DNA from: Desulfuromonadales bacterium
GTDB taxonomy: Bacteria; Desulfobacterota; Desulfuromonadia; Desulfuromonadales; SZUA-540
DNA: 64,000 nt
Assembly (NCBI GenBank): GCA_033549025.1
Contig: JAWSUS010000003.1
Location: 64,001-128,000 of the forward strand
Direction of reading: 5' to 3'
The stretch's first letter is position 1; each line of letters begins with the position of its first letter. This document shows positions 37,502 through 47,597 of this stretch, piece after piece. A model generated the notes under the pieces. That model made no database searches, was not told the DNA's origin, and saw only the letters and a program-made list of their open reading frames with translations. The position numbers and the translations under genes were made by a program.

Positions 37502-38401
37502 ATGGATATAAGAAAACTGGAGGTCTTTTGCAAGATCGTCGACCTGAAGAGTTTTTCCAAAGCGGCTGAATCCGTCTCCCTTACCCAGCCAACGGTCAGT
37601 GAACACATCCGGCAACTGGAAGATCTGTTGGGCGAAAAGCTGCTCGACCGACTGGGTCGCGAAGTTTTACCCACCCCGGCCGGCGAACTCCTCTATCGCT
37701 ACGCCATCCGGCTCATTAAACTGCGGGACGAGACCTTCCAGGCCATACGCCAGTTCAGCGGCAACCTCACCGGCGATCTTGTCCTGGGAGCCAGCACGAT
37801 TCCAGGCGCCTACCTCCTCCCCCGGGTCATCGAGTCCTTCCAGTCACGCCACCCCTCCATCCGGCTGCGCCTGAAAATTGCCGATACGGCCAAGACCATC
37901 CATCTTCTCCTCTCAGGGGAGATGGAAATCGGCATTATTGGCGCACGGGCCAAGGTCCCGGCCCTTGAAAGCACGGACATCTTTTCGGACCGGCTTATTC
38001 TGGTGGTCCCCCCCCGCCATCCCTGGGCCAAAATTTCCACTGTCTCCCTCGAAGACCTGCCCAGGCAGCCTTTTATTCTGCGAGAAGAGGGCTCGGGTAG
38101 CCGCACGGTCATGAACGAGGAACTTCTGCGCCACGGCTTTAATCCGGCAGCCCTGTCGCCGGTGGCGGAGATCGACAGCTCGGAAGCCGTCAGGCAGGCC
38201 GTCAAGGCGGGGCTGGGCATTGCCATCCTGTCTTCTCTGGCCGTGGCCGAGGATCTCGATAAGGGAAGCCTGGTGCAGGTGCCTATTGAGGGCGTCGACA
38301 TTCGCCGCCCCTTCTACCTGGTCCAGCGCAAAAACCGGCAACTCTCCCCTCTCGCCCAGGCCTTTCTAGAACACCTGCGGTCTTCCGGCCCACCGGCTTA
38401 A
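37502..38401 (+). CDS. LysR-family transcriptional regulator (CysL-like)
   Basis: SFSKAA...TQPTVS HTH, GASTIPG.Y.LP, REEGSGSR, VKAGLG. Confidence 0.93.
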   Translation: MDIRKLEVFCKIVDLKSFSKAAESVSLTQPTVSEHIRQLEDLLGEKLLDRLGREVLPTPAGELLYRYAIRLIKLRDETFQAIRQFSGNLTGDLVLGASTIPGAYLLPRVIESFQSRHPSIRLRLKIADTAKTIHLLLSGEMEIGIIGARAKVPALESTDIFSDRLILVVPPRHPWAKISTVSLEDLPRQPFILREEGSGSRTVMNEELLRHGFNPAALSPVAEIDSSEAVRQAVKAGLGIAILSSLAVAEDLDKGSLVQVPIEGVDIRRPFYLVQRKNRQLSPLAQAFLEHLRSSGPPA

Positions 38402-38423
38402 GAGCTACGCCCAGCTGAAAAGA

Positions 38424-39806
38424 TCAGAAACGGGCATTGCCCGGGGTCCGTGGGAAGGGAATGACATCACGGATATTTTCCATGCCGGTCAGATACATGA
38501 GCAGGCGTTCAAATCCGAGACCAAAGCCGGCATGAGGACAACTTCCCCAGCGCCGGGTATCCAGATACCACCAGAGACTTTCCGGAGCGATTCCGGATTC
38601 TTCCATGCGGCGCTGCAGCACCGGCAGGCGCTCTTCCCGCTGGCTGCCGCCGATAATTTCCCCTACGCGCGGTACCAGCAGGTCCATGGCCGCGACGGTC
38701 TGTTCATCATCATTGAGGCGCATGTAAAAGGCCTTGATGCCCACCGGATAGTCGGTCACGAAGACAGGCCCACCGACGACCTTTTCCGTCAGGTACCGCT
38801 CATGTTCTGACTGCAGATCACGCCCCCAGGCTACGGGAAACTGAAAGGTTTCACCGGACGCCTGCAGACGGTTGACTGCATCGCTGTAGGTCATGGTCTC
38901 AAAGCGGGCCTTGGCCAGCGTCTGCAGTTTATCGAGCAACCCTTTTTCCACGCGTTCGTTGAAAAAGGCGAGATCCTCACCGCAATGATTCAAGGTGTAA
39001 GTGACGAGGTAGCGGAGAAAATCTTCCGCCAACCGGCAGTCATCCTCCAGATTAGCAAAGGCCATTTCGGGCTCGATCATCCAAAACTCGGCAGCATGTC
39101 GGCTGGTATTGGAGTTTTCCGCCCGGAAAGTGGGGCCAAAGGTGTAAATATCGCTGAACGCCGTGGCGAAAAGTTCACCCTGCAGCTGGCCGCTGACGGT
39201 CAGGCCGGTCCTCTCGCCAAAAAAGTCCTGGCTCCAGTCAATGTATCCGCTATTTCGGGGCGGGTTTTCACTGTCCAGGGTCGTCACCCGGAACATTTCC
39301 CCGACCCCTTCGCAATCGTTGGCCGTAATAATGGGGGTATGCACGTAGAGAAACCCCCGCTCGTGAAAAAACCGGTGAATGGCAAAGGACAGGGCACTGC
39401 GCAGGCGAAAGACAGCGCCAAAGGTGTTGGAGCGGGGACGCAGATGGGCAATGGAGCGCAGAAACTCAAGCGAGTGCCTTTTTTTCTGCAGGGGATAGTC
39501 GCTATCCGCGTCGCCAAGCACCTCCACGTTTTGGGCCTGCACTTCCCAGCGCTGGCCGGCGGCCGGCGACTCGACCAAGATTCCCTGGACGGAAAGACAG
39601 GCGCCGGTACCGAGCTTAACCAAGTCTTCATAGTTGGGCAGCTGCGGGGTCACCACTACCTGCAGAGAGGCGAAGCAGGAGCCATCATTGAGAGCGAAGA
39701 ACGCGACATCCTTGCCGGTGCGCAGGGTACGTACCCAGCCTTTAAGGCAAATGACTTCTCCGGCGGAAGTCCCCCCAAGAGCGTTGCGAATCGCCATTCT
39801 TTCCAT
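38424..39806 (-). CDS. asnS: asparaginyl-tRNA synthetase
   Basis: LTVSGQL, GPTFRAENSNTSRH.AEFWMIEPE, GEIIGGSQRE, GFGLGFER. Confidence 0.97.
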   Translation of the reverse strand: MERMAIRNALGGTSAGEVICLKGWVRTLRTGKDVAFFALNDGSCFASLQVVVTPQLPNYEDLVKLGTGACLSVQGILVESPAAGQRWEVQAQNVEVLGDADSDYPLQKKRHSLEFLRSIAHLRPRSNTFGAVFRLRSALSFAIHRFFHERGFLYVHTPIITANDCEGVGEMFRVTTLDSENPPRNSGYIDWSQDFFGERTGLTVSGQLQGELFATAFSDIYTFGPTFRAENSNTSRHAAEFWMIEPEMAFANLEDDCRLAEDFLRYLVTYTLNHCGEDLAFFNERVEKGLLDKLQTLAKARFETMTYSDAVNRLQASGETFQFPVAWGRDLQSEHERYLTEKVVGGPVFVTDYPVGIKAFYMRLNDDEQTVAAMDLLVPRVGEIIGGSQREERLPVLQRRMEESGIAPESLWWYLDTRRWGSCPHAGFGLGFERLLMYLTGMENIRDVIPFPRTPGNARF

Positions 39807-39975
39807 ATCCCTATCCCCACTATTCTTTAGGCCTCAGGCTGATTGCCTGCCGATATTTCCCGACATTGTTCTCTTCATAAAACTTAAAAGGCCCCCTGAC
39901 AGAGAGCCTTTTGGTCTTTAGCGGTGCGGGGGTGGCCTTTTGCACTAATCTCAGCAGCAAGGCACCAGGACACGC

Positions 39976-40830
39976 CTATACCGGGCTCGATTTGAGTGCC
40001 GGGAGCTTGCCGGTGAAACCGGAACCGGCCCAGGCCACCATCGACCCGAGTCGTGACTTGAGAGTATCGAAAGCCAGCTCCCCCGTGCAGTGGTTCACCC
40101 ACAGGTTGGAAAGGTTAAAAGCAGCCAGCCGCTCGGCCAGTTCCTCACACTCCCAAGCCGTCGCATCCTTGAGGTGAAGGCCCCCGATCACGGTGTGAAC
40201 CTGGCCCTCGCCAGTCATCAGCTGGGCGGCGCGCAGAATATTGAGGACACCCCGATGACTGCATCCGCTGATGACCACCAGTCCGTCAACGGTCTCGAGT
40301 ACCAGAGCGTGTTCATCGGCGAAAGAATCATTCGACCAGGAATCCCCCTGCTTCACCTGCAGTACAGCCTGCTCCTCCCGGCCTGTCCAGTCAGGAATTG
40401 GTCCCGTGCTCCAGATGCCAGGAGCGAATTGCTGGGGTTTCAAGGTAGGATTACGAACGATGTCGGCCTCCTCCAGCGCGGTTTCCGGCCAGGGAACGCC
40501 GATGTCGCGATGGGAGCCATCGGCCTGGGTGGCACGACGCGGCTTCCAGGCGTCAGGATGCATCAGGATACGGGGACGTCCACCTTTGGCCAGCAGCGAG
40601 GGAACGCCCCCGGCATGATCCCAATGGCCGTGGGTAACTGCCAGCCAGTCGGCTTCCTGGGGGCGGATTCCCAACCTGTCGCCATTCAGCAGAAAATCCC
40701 CATTGTTGCCCGTGTCGATGAGAATTTTCTTCCCTCCCGCTTCCAGCCAGAGACTGAGGCCATACTGGCAGAGGAGATCCTCCCGGCAACTGTGATTATC
40801 GATCAGTACGGTGATATTGGGGGCAGCCAT
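39976..40830 (-). CDS. MBL-fold metallo-hydrolase
   Basis: THGHWDH, GCSH.G, GGLH, HCTG. Confidence 0.9.
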   Translation of the reverse strand: MAAPNITVLIDNHSCREDLLCQYGLSLWLEAGGKKILIDTGNNGDFLLNGDRLGIRPQEADWLAVTHGHWDHAGGVPSLLAKGGRPRILMHPDAWKPRRATQADGSHRDIGVPWPETALEEADIVRNPTLKPQQFAPGIWSTGPIPDWTGREEQAVLQVKQGDSWSNDSFADEHALVLETVDGLVVISGCSHRGVLNILRAAQLMTGEGQVHTVIGGLHLKDATAWECEELAERLAAFNLSNLWVNHCTGELAFDTLKSRLGSMVAWAGSGFTGKLPALKSSPV

Positions 40831-40888
40831 GAGAAACACCTCCCTTAAAGGTGGTCAAAGTTCTGTGGTTATGCAGCGCTCCTGCGTA

Positions 40889-42475
40889 TCAATTGTGCTC
40901 GCGGGTTTTATGGAAATTCACGCCGGGCCACTGCTCGATGGTGTGCCCCAGGCGCCATTCGCTTGAAGCCAGAAAGGTCAGATTGCCTTCAGCGTCAAGG
41001 GCCAGGCTGGCCTGGTTCTTCTTCTCAAAATCAGCCAGCATTTTCCGATCATCGCAACCTATCCAGCGGGCCGTGGCATAGTCAATGCCTTCATAGAGGG
41101 CATCCACGCCGTATTCGGCTTTGAGGCGGGACATGATGACGTCAAACTGCAGCACCCCGACTGCACCCAGAATGTAATCGCTGTTGATGAGGGGCCGAAA
41201 AAGCTGCACGGCCCCTTCTTCGGCCAGCTGGATAAGCCCCTTTTCCAGCTGTTTGGTTTTCAGAGGATTTTTCAAACGGACGCGGCGAAAATGCTCGGGC
41301 GCAAAACTGGGAATCCCTGTAAATTTTAGGGGCTCCTTGGTCGTGAAGGTATCGCCGATCTTGATCGTCCCATGGTTATGAATGCCGATGATATCACCAG
41401 GAAAGGCCTCTTCGACATGGGTACGGTCCTGGGCCATGAAGATGGTAGCGTTGGCGATGGGAACATCCTTGCCGATGCGGTGGTGCCTGACCTTCATGCC
41501 TCGGGTGAATTTGCCCGAACAGATCCGGAAGAAAGCGATGCGGTCGCGGTGAGCCGGGTCCATATTGGCCTGGATTTTAAAGACGAAACCGGAGAACTCT
41601 TCCTCATAGGGAGAGACCTCCCGCGTCATGGTCGGACGGGGTCGGGGGGCCGGAGCCAATTCCACAAAAGTATCGAGCATCTCCTGAACACCGAAGTTGT
41701 TGATGGCGCTGCCGAAAAAGACGGGCGTCTGATTGCCCTTCAGATATTCATCAAGCTCGAAGGGGTTAGCGGCACCTTCCAGCAATTCGATATCCATGCG
41801 CAGTTCATCCGCCTGGCTCCCCAGCAGCTCGTCAAGACGAGGATCTGCAAGGTCTTCAAACAGAAGCCCGTCCTGCTCTTTCGTCTCCTTGCCGGGGCTG
41901 AAAAGTAAGAGTTGCTTACGATACAGGTTGTAGGTACCCCGAAACCTTTTGCCCATGCCGATGGGCCAGCTCATGGGAGCGCATTCGATCTGCAGTGTCT
42001 CTTCAATATCGGAGAGAAGCTCCAGGGGTTCTCTCCCTTCGCGGTCGAGTTTATTAATGAAGGTCATAATGGGAGTATTGCGCATGCGGCAGACTTCCAT
42101 CAGCTTCTTGGTCTGGGTCTCAACCCCCTTGGCACTGTCAATGACCATAAGAGCGCTGTCGACGGCCGTCAGCACCCGATAGGTATCCTCGGAGAAATCC
42201 TGGTGACCGGGCGTATCAAGCAGATTGACTTCATAATCGCGGTAATTGAACTTCATCACCGAGGAAGTAACAGAGATGCCGCGCTCCTGCTCCATGGCCA
42301 TCCAGTCACTGGTCGCATGGCGAGCGGCCTTGCGCGCCTTGACAGCCCCTGCCATCTGAATGGCGCCGCCGAAAAGGAGGAGCTTTTCGGTCAGGGTTGT
42401 TTTGCCGGCGTCCGGGTGGCTGATGATTCCGAAGGTACGGCGTCTGTTGACCTCTTTCTGATTAAACTTTTTCAC
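40889..42475 (-). CDS. prfC: peptide chain release factor 3
   Basis: [35 protein letters not shown] start at 42475. Confidence 0.97.
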   Translation of the reverse strand: MKKFNQKEVNRRRTFGIISHPDAGKTTLTEKLLLFGGAIQMAGAVKARKAARHATSDWMAMEQERGISVTSSVMKFNYRDYEVNLLDTPGHQDFSEDTYRVLTAVDSALMVIDSAKGVETQTKKLMEVCRMRNTPIMTFINKLDREGREPLELLSDIEETLQIECAPMSWPIGMGKRFRGTYNLYRKQLLLFSPGKETKEQDGLLFEDLADPRLDELLGSQADELRMDIELLEGAANPFELDEYLKGNQTPVFFGSAINNFGVQEMLDTFVELAPAPRPRPTMTREVSPYEEEFSGFVFKIQANMDPAHRDRIAFFRICSGKFTRGMKVRHHRIGKDVPIANATIFMAQDRTHVEEAFPGDIIGIHNHGTIKIGDTFTTKEPLKFTGIPSFAPEHFRRVRLKNPLKTKQLEKGLIQLAEEGAVQLFRPLINSDYILGAVGVLQFDVIMSRLKAEYGVDALYEGIDYATARWIGCDDRKMLADFEKKNQASLALDAEGNLTFLASSEWRLGHTIEQWPGVNFHKTREHN

Positions 42476-42626
42476 AATACCTTTAAACCTCTTTTCATAT
42501 GTTCCTATAGACAAAAAAATCGGGCCTGCTGGCCCGCGTACAATCGGCATCATACCGCAATGGTAAAAAGCGGTCAACGACCACCTTCTTTCTTTTACAG
42601 CCACAAAAGCGCTAAAAATCAGCCGC

Positions 42627-42669
42627 AAAAAACAAGAAGGCCGGAGAATCTCTCTCCGGCCTTCTTGTT
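42627..42669 (-). terminator. intrinsic terminator
   Basis: AACAAGAAGGCCGGAGA..TCTCCGGCCTTCTTGTT with a U-tract on the minus strand. Confidence 0.85.
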
Positions 42670-42685
42670 CGATATGGATTAGGGA

Positions 42686-42841
42686 CTATCCTATAAAGTG
42701 ATTGTGGTTGCGAGCCCGATTGGCCAATATGGCCGGGTCGATTACTTCACCACAGGCACAGCACTTCCAGGCATCAAATGAACGAACAAAGTCATAAAAC
42801 TTCTCAGCGTACATCCTGCCTTTGCATTTTGGACATTTCAT
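42686..42841 (-). CDS. small Zn-ribbon protein (51 aa)
   Basis: MKCPKC...WKCCACG; G-rich RBS; own terminator. Confidence 0.8.
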   Translation of the reverse strand: MKCPKCKGRMYAEKFYDFVRSFDAWKCCACGEVIDPAILANRARNHNHFIG

Positions 42842-43014
42842 GATTATTCCCCCTTCTGCAATTCCATAGGATGCTTTCTTACCTTCAAACCGTATGGCAA
42901 AACCTATTACACAAGCCATGCCATACCGTGAAGCTATCCAGAAAAACGTTATCGCGCTCAGTGGGACAAAACAGATTTGCACCTATTTTATAAGGGGTTA
43001 CACCAAAAAAGAAG

Positions 43015-43572
43015 TTATTCAAAAAAAGGTTTCCAGCTTTCGATACGCTTTGACCCTATTCCTTTTACCCTCTGCAATGTTTCTAGGGAGCCAAAGTCGC
43101 CATTTTTTTGACGCTCCATTTCAATTCTTTCAGCAAGTTTGGGGCCGATCCCCGGCAGAACAGCCCAATCCGCCAGAGACATGCGGTCAGGGTGCAGGGG
43201 GATGGAAAGGGCGATCCGTTGGGAAGCAGGCAACCAGCCCCTTGACAAAGTGGCTTTTTCTGCATGTGAAGAGGATATTGAGAGAAGTTCGCCGCTAACA
43301 AGCGGCTTATCTCCCCCTTGGCAGACCGGGGCTTGAGCCTCCTCCGGCAAAAACGTCAACGAAATGACGTCGGCAGGGGAGCTATCGTCACTAATTTGAC
43401 GAATTCCTCGTTGTGGAAATCCCTCGCCCAACCCGATCACAATTCCCCTTTCGGGCAAAACGAAAAAAGCCGGCGGATTTTCCTCACGGAAAACCTGCCG
43501 GCTCAGCATACAAACAGCAAACAGCAGAAGCAGCGTGCAGCCTAAAGTCAGCCCAGGGGGAGACGTCCGCAC
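43015..43572 (-). CDS. ComEA-like helix-hairpin-helix protein with N-terminal TM
   Basis: LPGIGPKLAERI...F.SL..L.RVKGIG. Confidence 0.82.
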   Translation of the reverse strand: MRTSPPGLTLGCTLLLLFAVCMLSRQVFREENPPAFFVLPERGIVIGLGEGFPQRGIRQISDDSSPADVISLTFLPEEAQAPVCQGGDKPLVSGELLSISSSHAEKATLSRGWLPASQRIALSIPLHPDRMSLADWAVLPGIGPKLAERIEMERQKNGDFGSLETLQRVKGIGSKRIESWKPFFE

Positions 43573-43582
43573 GCCTAAGACC

Positions 43583-45148
43583 TTACTGATCTTTTATCAG
43601 CTTATAGAGCAGGGCATCGATAAGGGCGTGATACGAAGCGTCAATAATATTATCACTGACGCCGACGGTTCCCCAACGGCCCAACTTGTCCCCGGACTCG
43701 ATCAGGACGCGCGTGATAGAGGCCGTCCCCTTACCCGTCGGAAGCACTCGCACCTTGTAATCCAGGAGCTTCATCTCCTTGATTTGAGGATAAAAGCTTT
43801 CCAAGGCCTTGCGCAGCGCATTATCCAGCGCGTTCACGGGGCCATTGCCTTCAGCGGCAGTGTGTTCGATCTTGCCCCCCACCTTGACCTGGACAGTCGC
43901 TTCCGACAGAGGTTTTTCATCCTCATGCCGTTTTGTATCGATAACCCGAAAACCGATAACGGAGAAATAATGGCGCAGATTGCCGAGGGCTTTGCGCATG
44001 AGAAGTTCAAAGGAGGCTTCGGCGCCTTCGAACTGATAGCCCTTGTTCTCCATTTCCTTCAGGTTTTCGAGAATTTCAAGGGTAACCGGATCTTTGCTGT
44101 CGAGGTTGATGTTGAACTCTTCCGCCTTGGCAAGAATATTGGAGCGCCCGGAGAGATCAGAGACCAGCACCCGGGTGACGTTTCCAACCTTTTCGGGCCG
44201 GATATGTTCATAGGTTTCCGGATGGCGCTGGATCGCTGACACGTGCACCCCGCCCTTGTGAGCAAAGGCCGAGTTCCCCACATAGGGTTGGTGCTTGTTG
44301 GGCACCACGTTGGCCAGCTCATAAATGTAACGGGAGAGAGGACGCAACCGGCTCAACTGTTCATCGGAAACGCATTCCTTATCCATCTTCAGGCGCAGGG
44401 CCGGAATGATGGAGCAAAGGTTGGCGTTGCCGCACCGCTCGCCAAAACCGTTGATCGTCCCCTGCACATGGACAATGCCATGCTCTACGGCCACCAGTGA
44501 ATTGGCCACGGCACATTCACTGTCGTTGTGGGTGTGAATCCCCAGGGGGGTCTTGACGGTTTTTTTCACCGCCGCAATAATCTCGGGCAGCTGATGGGGG
44601 AGAGTGCCGCCATTGGTGTCGCACAAGACAATGCAATCCACGCCGGCCTCTTCGGCCGCCTTGAGGGTCTTCAGGGCGTATTCAGGGTTGGCGCGATAAC
44701 CGTCAAAAAAATGCTCGGCGTCGTAAAAGACTTCGCCGACATTCTTCTTGAGATACTCCAGCGAGTCAAAGATGAGCTCGAGATTCTCCTCCAGGCTGAT
44801 ACGCAGCGCTTCCCGCACATGAAAATCCCAGGTCTTGCCGAAAATCGTCACGACATCCGGCTCGGCCTGAACCAGAGTGCGGATATTGTTGTCTTTGTCA
44901 GGCGTGGTCTTGGCACGACGGGTCGAACCAAAAGCGGCGATTTTCGCCTGCTGCAGACGAACCTTTTTCACATCCTTGAAAAAGGCGATATCCTTGGGAT
45001 TGGAGCCAGGCCAGCCGCCCTCAATGTAGTGAATCCCCAACTCGTCCAGCTTTTGGGCAATATGGATTTTGTCCGCAACCAGAAACGAGACGTCCTCAGC
45101 CTGGGTACCGTCGCGCAGCGTCGTGTCGTAGAGTTGAATCAAACTCAT
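43583..45148 (-). CDS. cimA: citramalate synthase
   Basis: [42 protein letters not shown]-terminal regulatory domain. Confidence 0.93.
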   Translation of the reverse strand: MSLIQLYDTTLRDGTQAEDVSFLVADKIHIAQKLDELGIHYIEGGWPGSNPKDIAFFKDVKKVRLQQAKIAAFGSTRRAKTTPDKDNNIRTLVQAEPDVVTIFGKTWDFHVREALRISLEENLELIFDSLEYLKKNVGEVFYDAEHFFDGYRANPEYALKTLKAAEEAGVDCIVLCDTNGGTLPHQLPEIIAAVKKTVKTPLGIHTHNDSECAVANSLVAVEHGIVHVQGTINGFGERCGNANLCSIIPALRLKMDKECVSDEQLSRLRPLSRYIYELANVVPNKHQPYVGNSAFAHKGGVHVSAIQRHPETYEHIRPEKVGNVTRVLVSDLSGRSNILAKAEEFNINLDSKDPVTLEILENLKEMENKGYQFEGAEASFELLMRKALGNLRHYFSVIGFRVIDTKRHEDEKPLSEATVQVKVGGKIEHTAAEGNGPVNALDNALRKALESFYPQIKEMKLLDYKVRVLPTGKGTASITRVLIESGDKLGRWGTVGVSDNIIDASYHALIDALLYKLIKDQ

Positions 45149-45192
45149 CAAAGACCTTCCTCTATTTTTGTAGCGCCGAAAAACTGCCGTTA

Positions 45193-46425
45193 TTATTCTG
45201 CCTTGACGTCCTTTTTGGACAGGTCAAAAGCCTCGTGCAGCACACGAACAGCCAGCTCGGTGTACTTCTCGTCGATGACACAGGACACCTTGATCTCGCT
45301 GGTGGAGATCATCTGGATGTTGATGCCCTCCTGGGAGAGCGTCTGGAACATTTTGCTGGCGACGCCCGAATGGGAGCGCATGCCGACCCCGACGATGGAT
45401 ACCTTGGCGATATTCTCGTCCTGCAGCACACCACCGGCCCCGATGTCCTTGGCGGTCTCCTGGACGATCTTCAGAGCTTTTTTGAAATCCGCCCTGGGCA
45501 CGGTAAAGGTCATGTCCGTGTACCCCTCGTTGGAGACGTTCTGGATAATCACATCCACCGTGATCCCCGCATGGCTCAAAGGGGAGAAAAGCTGCGAAGC
45601 GATACCGGGCTTGTCAGGTACGCGCATCACCGAAATTTTTGCTTCATCCTTGTTATAGGTAATACCTGAAACCAGCACGGATTCCATATCTGCATCCTCC
45701 TTCATCACCAGCGTGCCTGGATTATCGTTGAAACTGGAACGAACATGCACAATCACCCCATACTTTTTGGCGAATTCCACCGAACGGATCTGCAGAACCT
45801 TGGCGCCGAGGGAGGCCATCTCGAGCATTTCGTCATAGGAAACCTTCTCGATTTTAGACGCACTTGGCACAATCCGCGGATCGGTGGTATAGACGCCATC
45901 CACATCCGTGTAGATTTCGCAAACGTCTGCCTTGAGTGCGGCAGCCACCGCAACGGCGGAAGTATCCGAGCCCCCGCGCCCCAGAGTGGTCACGTTCCCT
46001 TCTCTGTCCGTGCCCTGGAAGCCGGCGACTACGATAATGGACCCATTCTTGAGATCTTCCCGGATCTTTTTATCGTCAATTTTCTCGATGCGCGCCTTGG
46101 AAAAAACGCTGTCGGTAATGATTGGGATCTGGTGCCCCATGTAGCTCTTGGCCTTGTAGCCCATGGATTGCAGACACATGGACAACAGAGCGATGGTCAC
46201 CTGTTCTCCGGTAGAGACCAGAACGTCATACTCGCGCTCGCTGGGAAATTCACACATTTCGTTGGCCAAGGCGACCAACTTGTTGGTTTCTCCGGACATG
46301 GCCGACACAACCACGATGACGTCGTTTCCATCATCGTAAGTCTTGGCCACGCGGCGCGCCACATTGCGGATTCTATCGATGGTTCCAACAGAGGTCCCAC
46401 CGTACTTCTGTACTACGAGGGCCAT
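45193..46425 (-). CDS. lysC: aspartate kinase
   Basis: [22 protein letters not shown], two ACT domains. Confidence 0.96.
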   Translation of the reverse strand: MALVVQKYGGTSVGTIDRIRNVARRVAKTYDDGNDVIVVVSAMSGETNKLVALANEMCEFPSEREYDVLVSTGEQVTIALLSMCLQSMGYKAKSYMGHQIPIITDSVFSKARIEKIDDKKIREDLKNGSIIVVAGFQGTDREGNVTTLGRGGSDTSAVAVAAALKADVCEIYTDVDGVYTTDPRIVPSASKIEKVSYDEMLEMASLGAKVLQIRSVEFAKKYGVIVHVRSSFNDNPGTLVMKEDADMESVLVSGITYNKDEAKISVMRVPDKPGIASQLFSPLSHAGITVDVIIQNVSNEGYTDMTFTVPRADFKKALKIVQETAKDIGAGGVLQDENIAKVSIVGVGMRSHSGVASKMFQTLSQEGINIQMISTSEIKVSCVIDEKYTELAVRVLHEAFDLSKKDVKAE

Positions 46426-46444
46426 AGGATCCTGTCCTCCTTCT

Positions 46445-46469
46445 AAAAAAAGCGGCCACAATGGTCGCT
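46445..46469 (-). terminator. terminator-like hairpin immediately upstream of the lysC RBS
   Basis: minus strand AGCGACCA-TTG-TGGCCGCT followed by a U-run; one mismatch in the stem. Confidence 0.55.
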
Positions 46470-46646
46470 GATAAATTATCCTTCAAGGGCCTGAACAAAA
46501 CAACCGCCGTCGCACATGGGCCAGCTCGCCTACCGATCCAACATAAAAGCGTTCTAAAACCCGGGGAGGCTCGTCATCTGCCCAACGGGGTGAGCGCCAC
46601 TCTATGCCGGCAGTCCCCATGCGACGTCAACAAAGTTACCTTCTTA

Positions 46647-47135
46647 TCAAGATTTTCCAGCGCGGTCAAAACATTTTTCCAGCGCGGTGAGCAGTTCGCC
46701 CGACGCGGTCGTCTCACCCCGGAATTCCACACAGCGAGCCTCGTTTTCCTCATATTCAATGTGGACACGCAGCCCTTCGATGTTCAATTCCGGAAAGCGG
46801 TCGGCCCATTCAACCACCACGATGCCATCCCCCTGCAGATAATCATCGAAATCGATATCAACGAGATCGTCCTGGTGATTCAGTCGATACAAATCAAAAT
46901 GGTAAAGGGGAAGCCGGCCGCCATACTGGTTCATGAGGGTGTAGGTTGGACTGGTAACGGGTTCGGCTTCGGGGACGCCAAGACCGCGCGCAATACCCTG
47001 GGTGAAGCAGGTTTTTCCCGCGCCCAGATCTCCCGACAGCAGAATGACCAGCGGCCCGTCGAGCAAACGACCAAGCTGGACGCCCAGTTGCTGCGTCTCG
47101 GCAGGAGACAGGGTCTTCACAGACCAACGCGGCAT
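46647..47135 (-). CDS. tsaE: t6A biosynthesis ATPase
   Basis: GDLGAGKT, VTSPTY, HFDLYRL, VEW. Confidence 0.96.
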   Translation of the reverse strand: MPRWSVKTLSPAETQQLGVQLGRLLDGPLVILLSGDLGAGKTCFTQGIARGLGVPEAEPVTSPTYTLMNQYGGRLPLYHFDLYRLNHQDDLVDIDFDDYLQGDGIVVVEWADRFPELNIEGLRVHIEYEENEARCVEFRGETTASGELLTALEKCFDRAGKS

Positions 47136-47138
47136 ATT

Positions 47139-47588
47139 TCAGCGTCCCATACTGCGGATGACGTCGAGACGGGCCACGACACCGACGAGCTTGCCCTCAT
47201 CGACAACCGGGAGAAGGTGGACCTTTTTCTCAGTCATGACGGAGGCAATTTCAGAGACGCTGGTCTCCGGCGTACAGGCCTCGACATCCGGAGTATAGAT
47301 CTCCCCCACCGTACGGGCGGTGATTTTTTGCACTTCTTCGCGAAAATCCTTTTCACTCTCCAGATAGAGCACCCAGTCGAAGATAGAGATGACGGTTGGA
47401 ATGTGCAGGGGACGATCCTGTTCAACCAGATCGGTTTGGGTCACCAGACCGAGCAGGACGCCCTCCTCATCGACCACGGGCATGGCATTGACTTTCGTTT
47501 CGACAAAGAGTCTGGCCAGGTCTTCCACCGTGGTGGCGGGTGTTACAGTATGAACATTGGTCGTCATGATATCTTTAGCGTGCAGCAT
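47139..47588 (-). CDS. stand-alone CBS-pair protein
   Basis: AKDIMT, PVVD...G.V...D present twice. Confidence 0.92.
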   Translation of the reverse strand: MLHAKDIMTTNVHTVTPATTVEDLARLFVETKVNAMPVVDEEGVLLGLVTQTDLVEQDRPLHIPTVISIFDWVLYLESEKDFREEVQKITARTVGEIYTPDVEACTPETSVSEIASVMTEKKVHLLPVVDEGKLVGVVARLDVIRSMGR

Positions 47589-47597
47589 GAGATCTCC

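Noticed and set aside
37502..38401. Selenium/selenocysteine system suggested by the LysR subfamily
   Set aside because: No sel genes and no in-frame UGA-split ORFs seen in the window
40889..42628. Programmed frameshift or 51-aa extension in the release factor gene
   Set aside because: The gene is RF3, not RF2; it is continuous, and GTG 42475 gives a normal 528-aa length
42907..42925. Possible sigma54 promoter (TGGCATG...) for the Zn-ribbon gene
   Set aside because: The -12 position reads GT rather than GC; too weak to call
46426..46646. Lysine riboswitch, T-box or leader peptide before lysC
   Set aside because: No AGAGGUGC...GCCGAA core, no UGGNACC T-box, and the short ORFs are not enriched in Lys, Thr, Ile or Met codons
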